Part shown: positions 25,377 through 40,694 of the stretch, one piece after another
Layout of the letters: each line of letters opens with the position of its first letter
How positions within the stretch are numbered: position 1 is the first letter of the stretch
Assembly: GCF_006345805.1 (NCBI RefSeq)
Contig: NW_021836299.1
Coordinates: 1 to 64,000, forward strand
DNA from: Octopus sinensis
Taxonomy: Eukaryota
Reading direction: 5' to 3'
DNA length: 64,000 nt
Translations under genes and position numbers: made by a program
The notes under the pieces: generated by a model
The model's input: only the letters and a program-made list of their open reading frames with translations
Told to the model about the DNA's origin: nothing
Databases searched by the model: none

Positions 25377-25590
25377 TTATGTATGTGTGTGTGTATATGT
25401 TTGTGCCTGTGTTTTTCCCCCAACATCGCTTGACAAACGATGCTTTTATGTTTAGGTCCCCGTAACTTAGCGGTTCAGCAAAAGAGACCGATAGAATAAG
25501 TACTAGGCTTACGAAGAATAAATCGTGGGGTTGATTTGCTCGACTAAAGGTGGTGCTTCAGCATGGCCACAGTCAAAAGAGTAAAGAGAA
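25180..25590 (+). mobile_element. SINE family B (5'-clipped)
   Basis: ggttcagtcccactgcgtggcactttgggcaagtgtcttctactatagcctcgggccgacc...; standard tail. Confidence 0.85.
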
Positions 25591-26693
25591 TGTATGTATA
25601 TATACTGTGTGTGTGCATATGCGTGTATATATGCATATATACTACATATGTATACAAATACATCCTCAGAAGCACACATATATACATATATACACACACA
25701 TATAACTGAACGCTGGTATGGCTGTGAGAAGTTTCTGGTTCAATCTGACAGCGTTCTCTATTCAACTATTCAACTAGTGTCTTTGTATTTCAGACTCGGC
25801 TCAGGGTGACCCAAGCATTAGTGCGGCGGAAACCCATTTACGTATCATTATTATGTTAATGTGCTTCGTGGTGTGGGTTTTTATTTTCAATGCTTGTATG
25901 TTTAATGTACGAGTCATGCCTTATTAGCATTCGATTGAAGTTTGTAATATCTATGTAATGGGTGCAGTTGAGTTTCATGTATATTATAATACTGTTCTAT
26001 TTTAGCAGACTGTAATTTGGGGTTTGCGGTTAGCCTGTCATATGATTGCTTTATTACTTTTAGTATTTTGGCAGTTTATATCCATAAAGATGCCCAATAA
26101 TGAAGTATGCTTCAGTTTTTTTTTTTTTGTTCATTTTTTTCTTATATTTACGCGTTTTCACTTCTTTTGTGAAGTGTTATAATTTTCCAGTGTTCTTTAT
26201 ATTCTGCACGAAACACTGTCTTTGAGAGGGGAGATTAGTGGGTGTACTTCCGCTTGTTATTTTATGATTTGTTGTGATGTATGCCAAGTCTATGTGAGTT
26301 TATGATAAATGCTGTTGTAGTCTATCTGTGTTTGCGTAAGTATAGAATTTTTTAACGATTCTAGAATCATCTGAGTGATACGTCGTGTCAGTGCTTCCGT
26401 AGTGATGCGTAGTGTCGGTCTTCCACGTGTCATGGCTGGAATTGCAAGATGCTTTGTTCGTTTCTGTGACTCGAATTTTTATTGCTTCACTGGTTCTAGC
26501 GCTTCGACTTTGACCATTCTGTTCACTATTGTGGAATATTATGTGAAGGACTCAATCTGGGTTTCATACAATTTTAAGACATTGGGGAATTTTTATTCAT
26601 TCTTTTCTGCAGGTCTAGTACAAATGCCAGCTTGGTGTCTGGCGCGAATACGAGCACCAAAAACTGCAATATAAAAAGGGCTCTCTCACTCTC

Positions 26694-26774
<81 letters not shown>

Positions 26775-27663
26775 GATGTTATGTGATGGATGATCCACTA
26801 GATCAAAAGTGAAAGTTTTTACAAGGTATCTATATCTACTCCCGAGCACATCGACAGAAATTAGCGAAATCTTGGTAATAATCTCAACAAACCAGACGAC
26901 TATCCGAGTAATGTACACGTTGCAAGAGGTAGCGCTCTTACAAACAGACACATTGACATGTTTAATAACGGTCAAGTAGATTGGGAAAATGTTTTGCTGT
27001 TTGCTGCCTCAGGAAATCACTTAACTCCTTCTTAAAATCATTCGAAATATCCAACATCTACTGAAACGAGCTAATCAATAAGCTTCCAGTGATTTATAGT
27101 GCGAACTATGCCCGCCTGATCCTCAGAGTGGACAAGCAATTAATTTTCACGGGTGTAATATATAACATAAAATTAGCTAGTGGATGTAAATGCTTTTGTG
27201 TATATACACTTGTGTATACTATCATGCGTGTAAGTTTTAGAGCGTACGATTATGTATGTGTATTTAGCGATTTACAAAAAAAAAAAGCTAACCGTATGTC
27301 GAAAACTAATTATGTTTACATAAATAATTTTTCAAGTCGTACGATTAACTATATTTTATATAATGACGAATACATGTGTCCATGGGAAAGTATGTATATA
27401 AATAGCAGCATGGATACACATACACACACGCACACACACACACACCTGCATGCATATATGTATATGTAAGAATGTTACATTATATGTATGCCTGTGTGTG
27501 AGTGTGTGTGGGCGCGCATATGGGAATATATATATATATACATATGAATGCGTGAATATATGTATATATCTTCATGCATGTATGTATCTATTTATCTATA
27601 TATAATTATGCACAAACACGTATCCATACATATGTATATATGTATGTATATATAATATGTGTG

Positions 27664-27695
<32 letters not shown>

Positions 27696-27829
27696 ATATA
27701 TATGTGTGTGTGTGGTGTGTGTATAGATATTATTGTTTATATGCTCACACATAATTTATGTATCTATACATACTATATATATATATAATATATTATAATA
27801 TATATATATATATATACATACATATATAT

Positions 27830-27860
<31 letters not shown>

Positions 27861-28345
27861 CATACGTACATATATATATATATATATATTATAAATGCAT
27901 ACATACATTCTCACTCATACACACACACACAGCACCACACACACACACAAACACGCACTCATATTAACAGAAAATAGTAATTAAAGTCCATAATATCATC
28001 ACCATTAAAAAAATAACAAACTAAAAATATAAAAAGAAAGACAAAAAAATATCACAGTCGCTACCGAAAGCGCTGACAGCGCCAACATAGCAAGCCAATG
28101 GCTATAAAGATTTTATCGGATGATGTAAGACATTTTGTCTGCTTTCATTAATTACCAAACCACTAAACCGCAATAATTTTCATAAATCCATCGCTAGCTC
28201 ATCAGCCAACAAAAGCAACAATCACAGGAAGAGCAAACGCGAACACTTACATACACATGAGAAACTGCGTACGAAGGATTATGCCCAGTACGACGCTCGC
28301 CGCACGCATATGCGCCATACATATTCACCGATATACATAAAGGGA

Positions 28346-28610
28346 AGGAGCATGACCTGGTGTTCAGGTTGTCGCACGGGCGATTGCCATATCGTAGGTT
28401 CGATCCCTCGACCAGGCGCGTTGTGCTTTTGAGAGAAAAAATATGTAATTTCACGTTACTCAAGTCACCCTTGCTTTGCTCGCCGAGACAGCCGGGTGAC
28501 GTCATTTGAAGGTTAAAACACTACAAAAGCGCGTTGTGACCAGCGATGTGTAACAACATCTGATTGCCTGGTCGGTCACGAGATCGCGTGACATAAACTG
28601 ATACTGTAGT
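28346..28610 (+). mobile_element. Degenerate tRNA-derived SINE sharing its tail with the 33527 SINE
   Basis: B box ggttcgatccc; tail gtgaccagcgatgtgtaacaacatctgattgcctggtcggtcacg. Confidence 0.65.
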
Positions 28611-29041
28611 TTGGATGCCTGCGCGAGGCTCGGCAACGTCGTTTGGAAAATGAAAAGGCTCTGGGCTTCCCATACAGATGAAAGAAGGCGTTTCGTTAAC
28701 AATGTGAAGATGGAAAGGAATCCTGTAACAATATTAAGAGCGAGAATGAGACTAAAATGAACAGGAACAGGATTGCAACAAGTGTAAGAAACAGTGGAAT
28801 AATATAATAGAAAATGCAATGACTACAACTTCTGCAATCACAGCAGCAGTACCAACAGTCGCAATTATAACTGCAACAAAAGGCTGCTTCGATTTAAAAG
28901 GATAATTACAGTGAGTAGCAATATGGGACCTCGTTTGAAAAAAAATAGACAAAAGAGAGGCGTCAACAATTAAAAATAAACTATTAGACCATAAAAACTG
29001 ACAGACAGAGAGTCAGATAGAGAGACAGACAGACGTGAGGC

Positions 29042-29176
<135 letters not shown>

Positions 29177-29287
29177 CAGACAGATGGTTAGGACTGTGAG
29201 CTAGTCCATGAAAAACACACACGCACGCACACACTCGCAAACACACACACACACAAACACACACACGCAAACATATATATATATATA

Positions 29288-29650
29288 GGCGCAGGAGTGG
29301 TTCCGGGTTCAGTCCCACTGCGATGCATCTTGGGCAAGTATCTTCTACTATAGCCTCGGGCCGACCAAAGCCTTGTGAGTGGATTTGGTAGAAGGAAACT
29401 GAAAGAAGTCCGTCGTATATATGTATATATATATATATGTGCGTGTATGTTTGTGTGTCTCTGTTTGTCCCCCTAGCATTGCTTGACAACCGATGCTGGT
29501 GTGTTTATGTCCCCGTCACTTAGCGGTTCGGCAAAAGAGTCCGATAGAATAAGTACTGGGCTTACAAAGAATTAGTCCCGGGGTCGAGTTGCTCGATTAA
29601 AGGCGGTGCTCCAGCATGGCCGCGGTCAAATGACTGAAGACATAAAAGAG
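29288..29650 (+). mobile_element. SINE family B with a short internal deletion in the head
   Basis: ggcgcaggagtgg is joined directly to ttccgggttcagtccc. Confidence 0.85.
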
Positions 29651-29667
29651 AGTATATATATATATAC

Positions 29668-29738
<71 letters not shown>

Positions 29739-30253
29739 TATAATATATCTATATATATTTTATATGTATGTATAAATGCATATATTCATGTGTAAGTATG
29801 TATGTATCTTTGTGAGTGTCCGTGCTGTACAGTTATATGGAGTTGTATACATATGCATTATCCTTACACATACATTATCCTTATTTAAATAGAAATTTAA
29901 CAAGTAGAAACAGCGATAATACATAAAGTCAAAGAAAAAACTGCAAGGCAATTAAGAATGTAGTAGTAGTAGTAGTAGTAGTAGTACTGGTAATGGTGGT
30001 GGCGGTGGTGGAGGTTGTGGTGGCGGTGATAGTAGTTATGGTAATGAATGTATAAAAATTTTTCAGCTAAATTCCAAACATCGCCTAACAATGGAACTTT
30101 TCTTATGCGAAGTATAATAAATGAATATATATATACATATACATACATCATACACACAACAACACACACACACACACACACATACACACACACACACATA
30201 TATATATATATATTGTCTGTGTGTATATATATATATATATGCATATATATAGG

Positions 30254-30286
<33 letters not shown>

Positions 30287-30381
30287 AAGTATACTATATA
30301 ATATACGTATATTATGCATATATATATTGGACATATATATATATATATATATACTACACATACATACATACATACATACAC

Positions 30382-30438
<57 letters not shown>

Positions 30439-30819
30439 GTATATATATATATATCTATATATATATATAATATATATATATATATTATATAATTATATAT
30501 ATATATATATATAATAAATGAATCTATGCCCACGCATATTATCCATACCGTCTGCAAGTGAGCCTGGACTGCGAAACTGTATCAATAGGATGAGTAACAG
30601 AACCAAAACAAACAATCGCATAGACAAAAGAAAACAAGCAACAGTAAGAACACTCAAACGGTCGGAGGATATGGTGACGACGACGACGACGAGGACGACG
30701 ACGACTACGACGACGACGACTACGACGGCGACTATGACTGTGGTGATGATGATGATGATGATGATGATGATTTGAAGGAGGAGGAGGAGGAGGGGAGTGA
30801 TGATGATCATGGTAATGAA

Positions 30820-30865
<46 letters not shown>

Positions 30866-31489
30866 TTGATGATGAAATTGGTGATGATGATGATGATGAT
30901 GGTAGTGATGAATGGGAGGCGGTTGTTAATGGTGGTTGTGGTGGTGATAATGATGATGATGAAGGTGGGTGGTGGTGGTGGTGGTGGTGGTGGTGGTGAT
31001 AGTGGGGCGGTGCTGGCGGCGGCAGCGATGGCTATGGTGGTGGTGGTGGTGACGATGTGGATGATAGCGACGATATGGTGGTGAAGACGTTGTGTGGTAT
31101 ACGGGGTGAGACGGTGATAAATAATACATCGTCTGCCTCGGATTCGCTAGGGTGTTTAACGACAAAGAAGTGTCATGTGATGAATGACAAAGAAAACCAA
31201 AACAAAAAAACCGCAAAGAACCAACAGTACAGTGAACAAAACAAGGAACAACAATAACAATGACAACATCAACAACAACAAACTCACCACTATCAAACCT
31301 ATAAAAGTAAAATGGAAAAAATTGCCCAAGGCTTGTAACTAGTAATAACACTACTCCACCGAATTGATACTTTACCCATCCAAAATTGAAATTACCCCAT
31401 CGCAAGTAAATTAAAATAAGAATAAGAAAATAATAATATATAATAATGATATAAATAATAATAATAATAATAATAATACAACAACAATA

Positions 31490-31542
<53 letters not shown>

Positions 31543-31551
31543 GTAATAATA

Positions 31552-31592
<41 letters not shown>

Positions 31593-31624
31593 AAGAAGAA
31601 GCAGGAGGAGTGGAGGAGAAATAC

Positions 31625-31670
<46 letters not shown>

Positions 31671-31975
31671 GTAATAATAATAATAATGATAAAGACAACA
31701 ACAACAATAACAATAATAATAATGTCTTGAGATGTGAAAGAAATAGAAGAAGAAAAAAAGCAGAAATAAAGATGTTTGCATGGACGACTAAGTAGCTTCA
31801 ACGGAAAAGGCTTCCATACATTCTTGTAAAAGTGTTGATGCAAAGTGAACAAATGAACATGGAAGTTCCACGGCGAATCAAAACCGGATGTCTATTTATA
31901 TGGCCGTTGATATGTAGTCTCACATATATATATGCATATATATATATATATATATATACCACACACACATACATA

Positions 31976-32058
<83 letters not shown>

Positions 32059-32365
32059 TATTTCTTTCTGAGTATATGTATATTTTTGTGTATGTGTGTT
32101 TATGTGTATGTTTGTATATGCAAATGAATGTGTTTCGGTCGGTATGAATATGCATATATATATATATCGGTATATATACAAACATACACACGCATAAACA
32201 TACATTTCTATGAATGAGTACACATACACACACGCGCGTGCACACACACACACACGCGCGCGTGCACACACACACACACACGTATATATATATATATATA
32301 TATATAAATTATCTGCATTCACATATATTTATCTGAATGTATATAAGAATGATTTTGGTTCTTGG

Positions 32366-32397
<32 letters not shown>

Positions 32398-32477
32398 CAT
32401 ATACATATATGTGTGTGTGTATATACATATATGTGTGTGTGTATGTATATAGTGTGTGTATGTATATAGGCATGTAT

Positions 32478-32532
<55 letters not shown>

Positions 32533-32549
32533 CATATATATAATATATA

Positions 32550-32632
<83 letters not shown>

Positions 32633-32660
32633 CTGTGCCTGTGTATGTATGTATGTATGC
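29650..32660. repeat. Microsatellite-dominated block: (TA)n, (GAC/GAT)n, (GGT)n, (TAA)n, (TG)n
   Basis: Directly visible. Confidence 0.9.
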
Positions 32661-33039
32661 ATGTCTTTGCAAACCATACTCTGCTCATTTAACAAGACCA
32701 AGAGTGATCAATATATATAGAAATGGAAACAATACAGTGAAGGTGATTATATATATCTATTATATGGACAACGAAGAAAGGAATTCAGCGGTACGGTCTG
32801 CATAGTAAACACAAATACTGCAATACACAATTTTGAAAGTTTCGTTTTAATGAAAATATTCCGGCAATTAGTTATCAAATTCTCTCTTTAGACGTGTTTG
32901 GTAATCTTAGAGCATATAAAAGAGCGAACTCCAATGGTGTTTGTTGGTAAAAAAATATTTAGGTATTGTTGATAATGTTGATAATGGTGAAATGTAGATG
33001 ATCTGAGTTTTAAAGCCGCACTGTTGATTGCAGCGGATA

Positions 33040-33270
33040 CCTATTTCTTTACTACCCACAAGGGTCTAAACACAGAGAGGACAAACAAGGACAGACAACC
33101 AGATTAAGTCGATTACATCGACCCCAGTGCGTAACTGGTCCTTAATTTATCGACCCCGAAAAGATGAAAGGCAAAGTCGACCTTGGCGGAATTTGAACTC
33201 AGAACACAGCGACAGACGAAATACCACAAAGCATTTCGCCCGGCGTGCTAACGTTTCTGCCAGCTCGATA
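33040..33270 (-). mobile_element. SINE family C
   Basis: Full head and core plus tail cctatttctttactacccacaag. Confidence 0.85.
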
Positions 33271-33526
33271 CCATAAGTGAAGTATATTCTACTCAGTTGG
33301 AAACACCAAGGATGAGGCGTGCACGCACACACACACACACTCACACACACACATATCCACACACATACATAACTCGGCAGACCGCATGCGTAACAGCAAA
33401 AGAGACGGACCACACGATCATTAGATTATGAAGACTGTCTGTCTGCCTGTCTCTCTGTCACTTTGTCTGTCTGACTGTCTCTCTATCTCTTTCTCTCTCT
33501 CTCTCTAAATATATATATATATATAT

Positions 33527-33838
33527 GGAGGCGCAATGGCCAAGTGTTTAGGGCAGTAGACTCGCGGTTGTAGGATCGCAGTTTCGATTCCCAGACCTGG
33601 CGTTGTGCGTGTTTATTGAGCGAAAACACCTAAAGCTCCACGACGCTCCGGCAGGGGGTGGTGGCGATCCCTGCTGTACTCTTTCGCCTCAACTTTCTCT
33701 CACTCTTTCTTCTGTTGGCCTGTTCATTTAGCCATCGGGGTGGCGTCATTCGAAGACTAAAACAATGTGAAGCGCATTGTGACCAGCGATGTGTAGCAAT
33801 ATCTGATAGCCTGGTCGGTCACGATGATCACGGTGATA
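33527..33838 (+). mobile_element. tRNA-Arg-like (OR-type) SINE, tail variant ii
   Basis: Head ggaggcgcaatggccaagtgtttagggcagtagactcgcgg with anticodon-like TCG; B box gtttcgattccc. Confidence 0.8.
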
Positions 33839-34057
33839 TATATAATAACAGGATGGAACACTCACATTTTGAACTAAGAGTCTCTCGACAGCGATTCCTT
33901 CAAGACTCGTTCTTTGAAATTTATTAAACCTGTAACACCTAATGAACGACACTGAAGTTTGAGCAAATCGCTGTCAAAAAACTCAGAATTCCGAATGTAA
34001 ATGATCCTTCCCGTATGACTTAAATGTGTGTACCTGCGTGTATTTATGCGTGTGAGT

Positions 34058-34440
34058 GGAGGCGCAATGGCCCAGTGGTTAGGGCAGCGGACTCGCGGTC
34101 ATAGGATCGCGGTTTCGATTCCCAGACCGGGCGTTGTAAATGTTTATTGAGCGAAAATACCTAAAGCTCCACGAGGCTCCGGCAGGGGATGGTGGTGATC
34201 CCTGCTGTACTCTTTCACCACAACTTTCTCTCACTCTTACTTCCTGTTTCTGTTGTACCTGTATTTCAAAGGGCCGGCCTTGTCACTCTCTGTGTCACGC
34301 TGAATATCCCCGAGAACTACGTTAAGGGTACACGTGTCTGTGGAGTGCTCAGCCACTTACACGTTAATTTTACGAGCAGGCTGTTCCGTTGATTCGGATC
34401 AACCGGAACCCTCGTCGTCGTAACCGACGGAGTGCTTCCA
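34058..34440 (+). mobile_element. tRNA-Arg-like (OR-type) SINE, tail variant i
   Basis: Near-identical to the 35722 copy. Confidence 0.9.
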
Positions 34441-34730
34441 TTCCATATGCGTGTGAGTGTGTATGTGTGTGCGCGTGCATGCATGTGGGTGTATGTGTGT
34501 GTGTGTGTTTGTGTGTTTGTGTGTTGGGTGCGTTCACACGTGTGCGTATGTATATATATTCCTAACATTTGACTTTTCATAAATGAAAGTGATGTTCAAG
34601 CCATATTTATAAGCTATTATTTATAGCCTTATTTGATGTTCTTCCTTGACCACTGTACCAAAGAGATTGTTATTTCACATTCTCTGGAATGTTTATAAAA
34701 TTCTTGTCACGTTAATAGGACATATATATG

Positions 34731-34761
<31 letters not shown>

Positions 34762-34977
34762 TTGTGTGTGTGTGTATGTGTATGTGTGTGTATGTGTGTG
34801 TGCGTGTGTGTGTGTGTGTGTGCGTGCCTCATCCTTGGTGTTTCCAACTGAGTTGAATATACTTTACTTATGGTATCCACTGCAATCAACAATGCGGTTT
34901 TAAAACTCAGATCATCTACATTTCAGCATTATCAACATTATCAACATTATCTAAAATATATATATATATATATATAT

Positions 34978-35054
<77 letters not shown>

Positions 35055-35112
35055 TATATACTATATATCTATATATATATATATATATATACATATATGT
35101 ATATATATATAT

Positions 35113-35179
<67 letters not shown>

Positions 35180-35222
35180 ACATACATGTATATCTATATA
35201 TATATATATAATATATATATTA

Positions 35223-35635
35223 GGCGTAGGAGGTGGCTGTGTAGTAAGTAGCTTGCTTACCAACCACATGGTTCCGAGTTCAGTCCCGTTGCGTGACATC
35301 TTGGACAAGTGTCTTCTACCATACCTCGGGCCGACCAAAGCTTTGTGAGTGGATTTGGTACAAGGAAACTGAAAGAAGCCCGTCGTATATATGTATATAT
35401 AAATATATGTGTGTGTGTGTGTGTGTATGTGTGTGTGTGTTTGTGTGTCTGTGTTTTTCTCCCCAACATCGCTTGACAATCGATGCTGGTGTGTTTGCGT
35501 CCCCGTAATCTAGCGGTTCGACAAAAGAGACTGTTAGAATAAGTACTAGGCTTACAAAGAATAAGTCTTGGCGTCGATTTGCTCGACTAAAGACGGAATT
35601 CCAGCATGACCACAGTCAAATGACTGAAACAAAGA
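35223..35635 (+). mobile_element. SINE family B
   Basis: Full head-to-tail copy. Confidence 0.88.
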
Positions 35636-35721
35636 GTAGAAGAGCTATTTAATATTTTGTTTATTTAATAGAATGTCACCTTAGTGTAAGCAGTTTTGTG
35701 TATAGTATGTCTTTCTTTGGT

Positions 35722-36104
35722 GGAGGCGCAATGGCCCAGTGGTTAGGGCAGCGGACTCGCGGTCGGAGGATCGCGGTTTCGCTTCCCAGACCGGGCATTG
35801 TGAGTGTTTATTGAGCGAAAACACATAAAAGCTCCACGAGGCTCCGGCAGGGGTTGGTGGTGAACCCTGCTGTACCCTTTCACCACAACTTTCTCTCACT
35901 CTTTCTTCCTGTTTCTCTTGTACCTGTATTTCAAAGGGCCAGCCTTGTCACATTCTGTGTGTCACGCTGAATCTCCTCGAGAACTACGTTAAGGGTACAC
36001 GTGTCTGTGGAGTGCTCAGCCACTTGCACGTTAATATCACGAGCAAGCAGTTCCGTTGATCGTATCAGCTGGGACCCTCATCGTCGCAACCGACGGAGTG
36101 CTCC
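35722..36104 (+). mobile_element. tRNA-Arg-like (OR-type) SINE, tail variant i, with perfect 14-bp TSD
   Basis: TSD tatgtctttctttg at 35706-35719 and 36105-36118. Confidence 0.92.
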
Positions 36105-36503
36105 TATGTCTTTCTTTGAGTGTGTGTATTAACGCTTTCTTTGTTCAACTTTTTAAACGTAATACTTCTAGGCTAATTCGTATAGAGGAAGTAGCTTTTA
36201 CTAATGGTTTTGACTATTTCTGGTCTATTTTCGCATTTAGCATTCTTATATAGTATTTTTCTTTTGCGTTTCGTAGTTAATCATTTTCCTCTTTTATTTT
36301 GTTAAATATATTATAGAAAACTCCCGAGGAACAGAATTTAGAAGTTTCAAGTTATTGCTCTGATTCACTAAATTTTTAAACTACATTTTTCTCTCCCATC
36401 GCAACTTGTCTAGGTTTTCAGTTAGCTAGTGAGCTACAAAAAAAAAAGCGTTTGAGTGACTAAACGCTACGGTTACGATGGCAAGGTATGCTACAGATCA
36501 TAA

Positions 36504-36729
36504 GGCGGCGAGCTGGCAGAATCGTTAGCACGCCGGGCGAAATGCTTAGCCGTATTTCGTCTACCCTTATGTTGTGAGTTCTAATACCGCCGAGGTCGAC
36601 TTTGCCTTTCATCCTTTCGGTGTCGATTAAATAAGTACGCACTGGGGTCGATGTAATCGACTTAATACCTATGTCTGTCCTTGTTTGTCCCCTCTATGTT
36701 TAGCCCCTTGTGAGTAATAAAGAAATAGG
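36504..36729 (+). mobile_element. SINE family C with TSD
   Basis: TSD ggtatgctacagatcat / ggtatactacagatcat. Confidence 0.9.
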
Positions 36730-36874
36730 TATACTACAGATCATTTTGCTTTACGCTCTAACGATTATACAATTCAGCACCGTAGCAGAACTACTTGCAC
36801 ACATTTCCTGCATAATACTCAAGATCTGCTATGAAATCTCTCATCCAACTCGGTAGGCATAAAAATATAGGAAA

Positions 36875-36989
36875 TATATATATATAACTTTTTTTGATAA
36901 GGTTCATTTCAGGAACTGAAACATGTTATAATGTATATATAAAAATTAAAAATTGTATAATATAGCAGCATTTTCAAACTTCATTTTTT

Positions 36990-37010
<21 letters not shown>
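36875..37010 (+). mobile_element. Solo copy of the Penelope terminal segment found at 6990-7110, in (TA)n
   Basis: Reverse complement of ttgtaaaaaatgaagttcgaaaatgctgct...cagttcctgaaatgaaccttatcaaaaaaag. Confidence 0.8.
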
Positions 37011-37024
<14 letters not shown>

Positions 37025-37430
37025 TCCTGATTTACTAAACGGCAGTTTGGGTACGGTTTGAAGGATTTGGATCATAGTTATGGTCGATCATTACTATAGT
37101 AACAATGGCAACAACAACAATAATCAAACAGCAACAAATTTATTTACGGAATCTAGAATTGTGTTGAATATACTTGCATCTGTTATCTTGCATCCTTTAC
37201 ACGCTTTAATCATTGGATTGCACTATTCTGGGGCACACCATGAACAGCTTTATTTGAAAGGATCAAACCCGAATGTTTGTTTTGCTTTGTAAGGCTGTAA
37301 CTTATTCTATCACTCTCTTTTGTCAAGCCACAAAGTTACAGGGGCGTAAGCAAACCATCAGCGGTTGCCAAGCAGTGAGTGGGGAGAAAGATAGGCACAG
37401 ACCGACACCCAGACATTTACGTACTTACAT

Positions 37431-37465
<35 letters not shown>

Positions 37466-37824
37466 ACACACACACACACGCACACACTCACACAACAAAC
37501 TTTCACACATTTGCCATCTACTCACAAGGCACTGGTTGGTCCGGGTCTATGGTAGGAAGCACAGTAGGATCGAATCTGAAGCTGCGTTACTTTAAAGCGA
37601 GTTACTGAAGCAGTCACTATTGCCTACACCTATAAGACAGACCTATGGCGAATTAAATTACAACTGCGGTAGTGCAGTCTTTATTACTTTAAGCGGTGAA
37701 CAACATTATACAATGTGCCCTTAATTTACTTTTATTTTAATTGCATAGTATAATTTAAGGAAAAATTGGCTGCTATTTCTATAAGTCCGGGTTCATCATT
37801 GTAACGATTTCGATGCTACGAGAA

Positions 37825-38062
37825 TACCTATTTCTTTAGTACCCACATGGGGCTAAACACAGAGGGGACAAACAAGGACAGACAAACGGATTAAGTCGAT
37901 TACATCGACCCCTAGTACGCAACTGGTACTCATTTAATCGACCCCGAAAGGATGAAAGGCAAAGTCGACCTCGGCGGAATTTGAACTCAGAACGTAACGG
38001 CAGACGAAATACGGCTACGCATTTCGCCCGGCGTGCTAACGATTCTGCCAGCTCGCCGCCCT
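37825..38062 (-). mobile_element. SINE family C
   Basis: Full copy; flanks atgctacgagaa / atgttacgagaa look like a TSD. Confidence 0.9.
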
Positions 38063-38339
38063 ATGTTACGAGAAAACCGAGCCTTTACTTACGTTCAATG
38101 TTAATATATCCATGTTTATAGTAGATAGGTGCTGTTGGACAATAGCTAAAGCTTTACATCTGAGATTTCTTATATTTTTGTGGATACTATGACCGTCTTC
38201 CGCTTGCATGGTGATAAGAAAATATTACCCAGCTGAGTGAAAGATATCTCATAAACGGCTTTGCGTGGTACGTTGTAGCAGAAGGGATATTGTTGGTTTT
38301 GGAATTGCTTTGATGTTTCAGAAACAACATTTGTTGTCG

Positions 38340-39120
38340 TAATGCTGCCATTCATGATATTGATGGTTCTCATGATAGTGTTGAAGGTGGTGATGTCGAA
38401 TGGTATTGTGTCTCATGTTGTTGTTGGTGTCGTTGTTGTTGGTGGTGGTGTTGGTGGTGGTCGGGGGGTTTATGGTGGTGTTGATGGAGTTTATGGTAGA
38501 TGGAAATGGAAAATGCTATTAATAGAGTTGATACCCGTTAGTTTATTACTGCTGTTCACTGCTACCAATCCTCCTTCACCTCCTCCTCTTCCTCCTCCTC
38601 CTTCTCTTTTCTTCTTCCTCCTCCTCATCGTCTTTCTTCTCCTCCTCTGCATCAACATCCTCACCATCGTCATCTGTAGCAGTAGTAGAAATAGCAGCAT
38701 CAACGTTGTTGCTGCTGCTGCCGCCGTGCCGTCCACTTCAACATCAAAATCAACTTCATTGTCGTCGTTTGTGGTCATCGTCAGCGTCATCATCATCATC
38801 ATCATCATCATCACCATCATCATCCTCATCATCATTATAATCTATTATCATTATCGTTATAGCATAATTATTTTTTTCAAATAGGTCACTAGTTCACATT
38901 TCACTGCCACCACCACCACCACCACCACCACCACCACCACCGCCACCACCAACAACAACAGCAACAACAACAACAACAACAAAAACAACAGCAACAACAA
39001 CTAAAACAGCAACAACAGCACCCTCACCACAATCATCACCATTACTACCACAACTACCGCAACTGCCATCACCACTACTACCACCACCACCACCATCACC
39101 ACCATTCATTCGTTCAGCTA
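38340..39120. repeat. Low-complexity (GGT)n/(CCT)n/(CAT)n/(CAC)n/(CAA)n block
   Basis: Directly visible. Confidence 0.9.
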
Positions 39121-40289
39121 TCTCAGTATTCCGATCCAGTGAAATGAATATATGACAATAGATGTAAATGATGACGCGACGCAGCATTGATAACGGCAGA
39201 AAACAAGTCTGTAACAGTTTGCGATCTTGTTTTCGTGTATACTTTTATGTTAGACGCAGTGTGACTGAATAGTATGAACTTCGGTTCGTAAAAAAACACA
39301 GTCCCGAGTTCGATCCTACTGCGAGGCATCTCAAGTAATTATCGGCCCATACATTGTGAATGAAATTGGGTCGACGAAATTTGAATAGAGATCCACCGGG
39401 GGAATTGTACCTGTAATTCCAAAGGAATAACCTCGTCTCACACTGTTACGTGCTGATTTTCCTTGAGAATTACATTAACTCTTTGTCGTGTCCAAATCGT
39501 TTTCATAATTTTGTACTAAATGTCCATGTTCCCTTTTAGACTTTTAGTGAACCCTAGTTACATATGTTCTGAGTAATATGAGGCTCTTCTCTCATAAGAC
39601 CCAAGTAATTCTGGTGGGGTTGAAAAAAGAAAGTGGGAGTGTATAGTATATGTGATGCATCAACGCCAAGGAAATCTGTCCTGTGTATCACATGTGAAAC
39701 ACAGGATAGGCAAAAAGTTAAGGGTACACACGTCTGTGGAATACTCAGCCACTTACACGTTAATTAAATTAGTAGGTTATTATCTGATCGTTATTATCTG
39801 ATGAACTCACGTCATTGAAAGAAAAGATATTCACTATCATATGTTTATTTGAGTCTGTATGTATGTGTTTGTGTGTGTATGTGGAATGTATGTGTGTGTG
39901 TGTGTGTGTCAGTGTGTGTATGTGTTTCTATGTATGCGGTGTTTGTTGGGAACGCAAAATGGCCGACTGGTTATGTAGTTCGCTTATAGCATCTTAGGTA
40001 TCTTTTACTATAGCTCCGAGTCCATCCAGTCCTGTGTGAAAGGGATTAGACGAAAACTGTGTAGAAGGCAATTGGATTGATTTTATCAGTAATTCAAACA
40101 CCCAGCCTTCTTATATTCTGTTATATTCAGGTCAACCCTATTAGCGCTTACTTTTGAAGTCACTTACATGCAAATTCAGGAAACAGGTAAGTTCCGTTGT
40201 TCGTAAACGTAAACGCTCAGAGTCGAAGCTGATGGACATTCATTTACCTTTTCACGTGCGTTTGTATACCCTTTTACTCTTTTACCCTT

Positions 40290-40694
40290 TTACTAGTTTC
40301 AGTCATGTGACTGTGGCCATGCTGGAGCACCACCTTTAGTCGAGCAAATCGACCCCAGGACTTATTCTTTGTAAGCCTAGTACTTATTCTATCGGTCTCT
40401 TTTGCCGAACCGCTAGGTTATGGGGATGTAAACACACCAGCATCAGTTGTCAAACAATATTGGTTGGGGGGAGGGGAGAAGCACAGACACACAAACATAT
40501 ACGCACACATACATATATATATACATATATCCGACGGGCTTCTTTCAGTTTCCTTGTACCAAATCCACTCACAAGGCTTTGGTCGGCCTGAGGCTATAGT
40601 AGAAGACACTTACCCAAGATGTTGCGCAGTGGGGCTGAACCAGGAACCCTGTGGTTGTTAAGCAAGCTACTTACCACACAGCCACTCTTACGCC
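40290..40694 (-). mobile_element. SINE family B
   Basis: Full copy, reverse orientation. Confidence 0.88.

Noticed and set aside
25800-26670. Possible decayed LINE/Penelope ORF on the minus strand
   Set aside because: A/C-rich strand bias and protein-like patches are present, but no motif can be assigned with confidence.
26770-27050. Coding-like patch after (CT)n-CCAG (e.g. NKPDDYPSNVHVARG...DMFNNGQVDWENV)
   Set aside because: Several frames on both strands are open, frames from the acceptor hit stops before a good donor, and no family was recognised. Similar unresolved patches lie at 10020-10190, 10780-10880 and 24705-24785.
33527-33600. tRNA genes (Arg-like) at SINE heads, and at 62921-62997
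   Set aside because: Acceptor and T stems do not pair properly, and the heads continue into multi-copy SINE bodies or tails.
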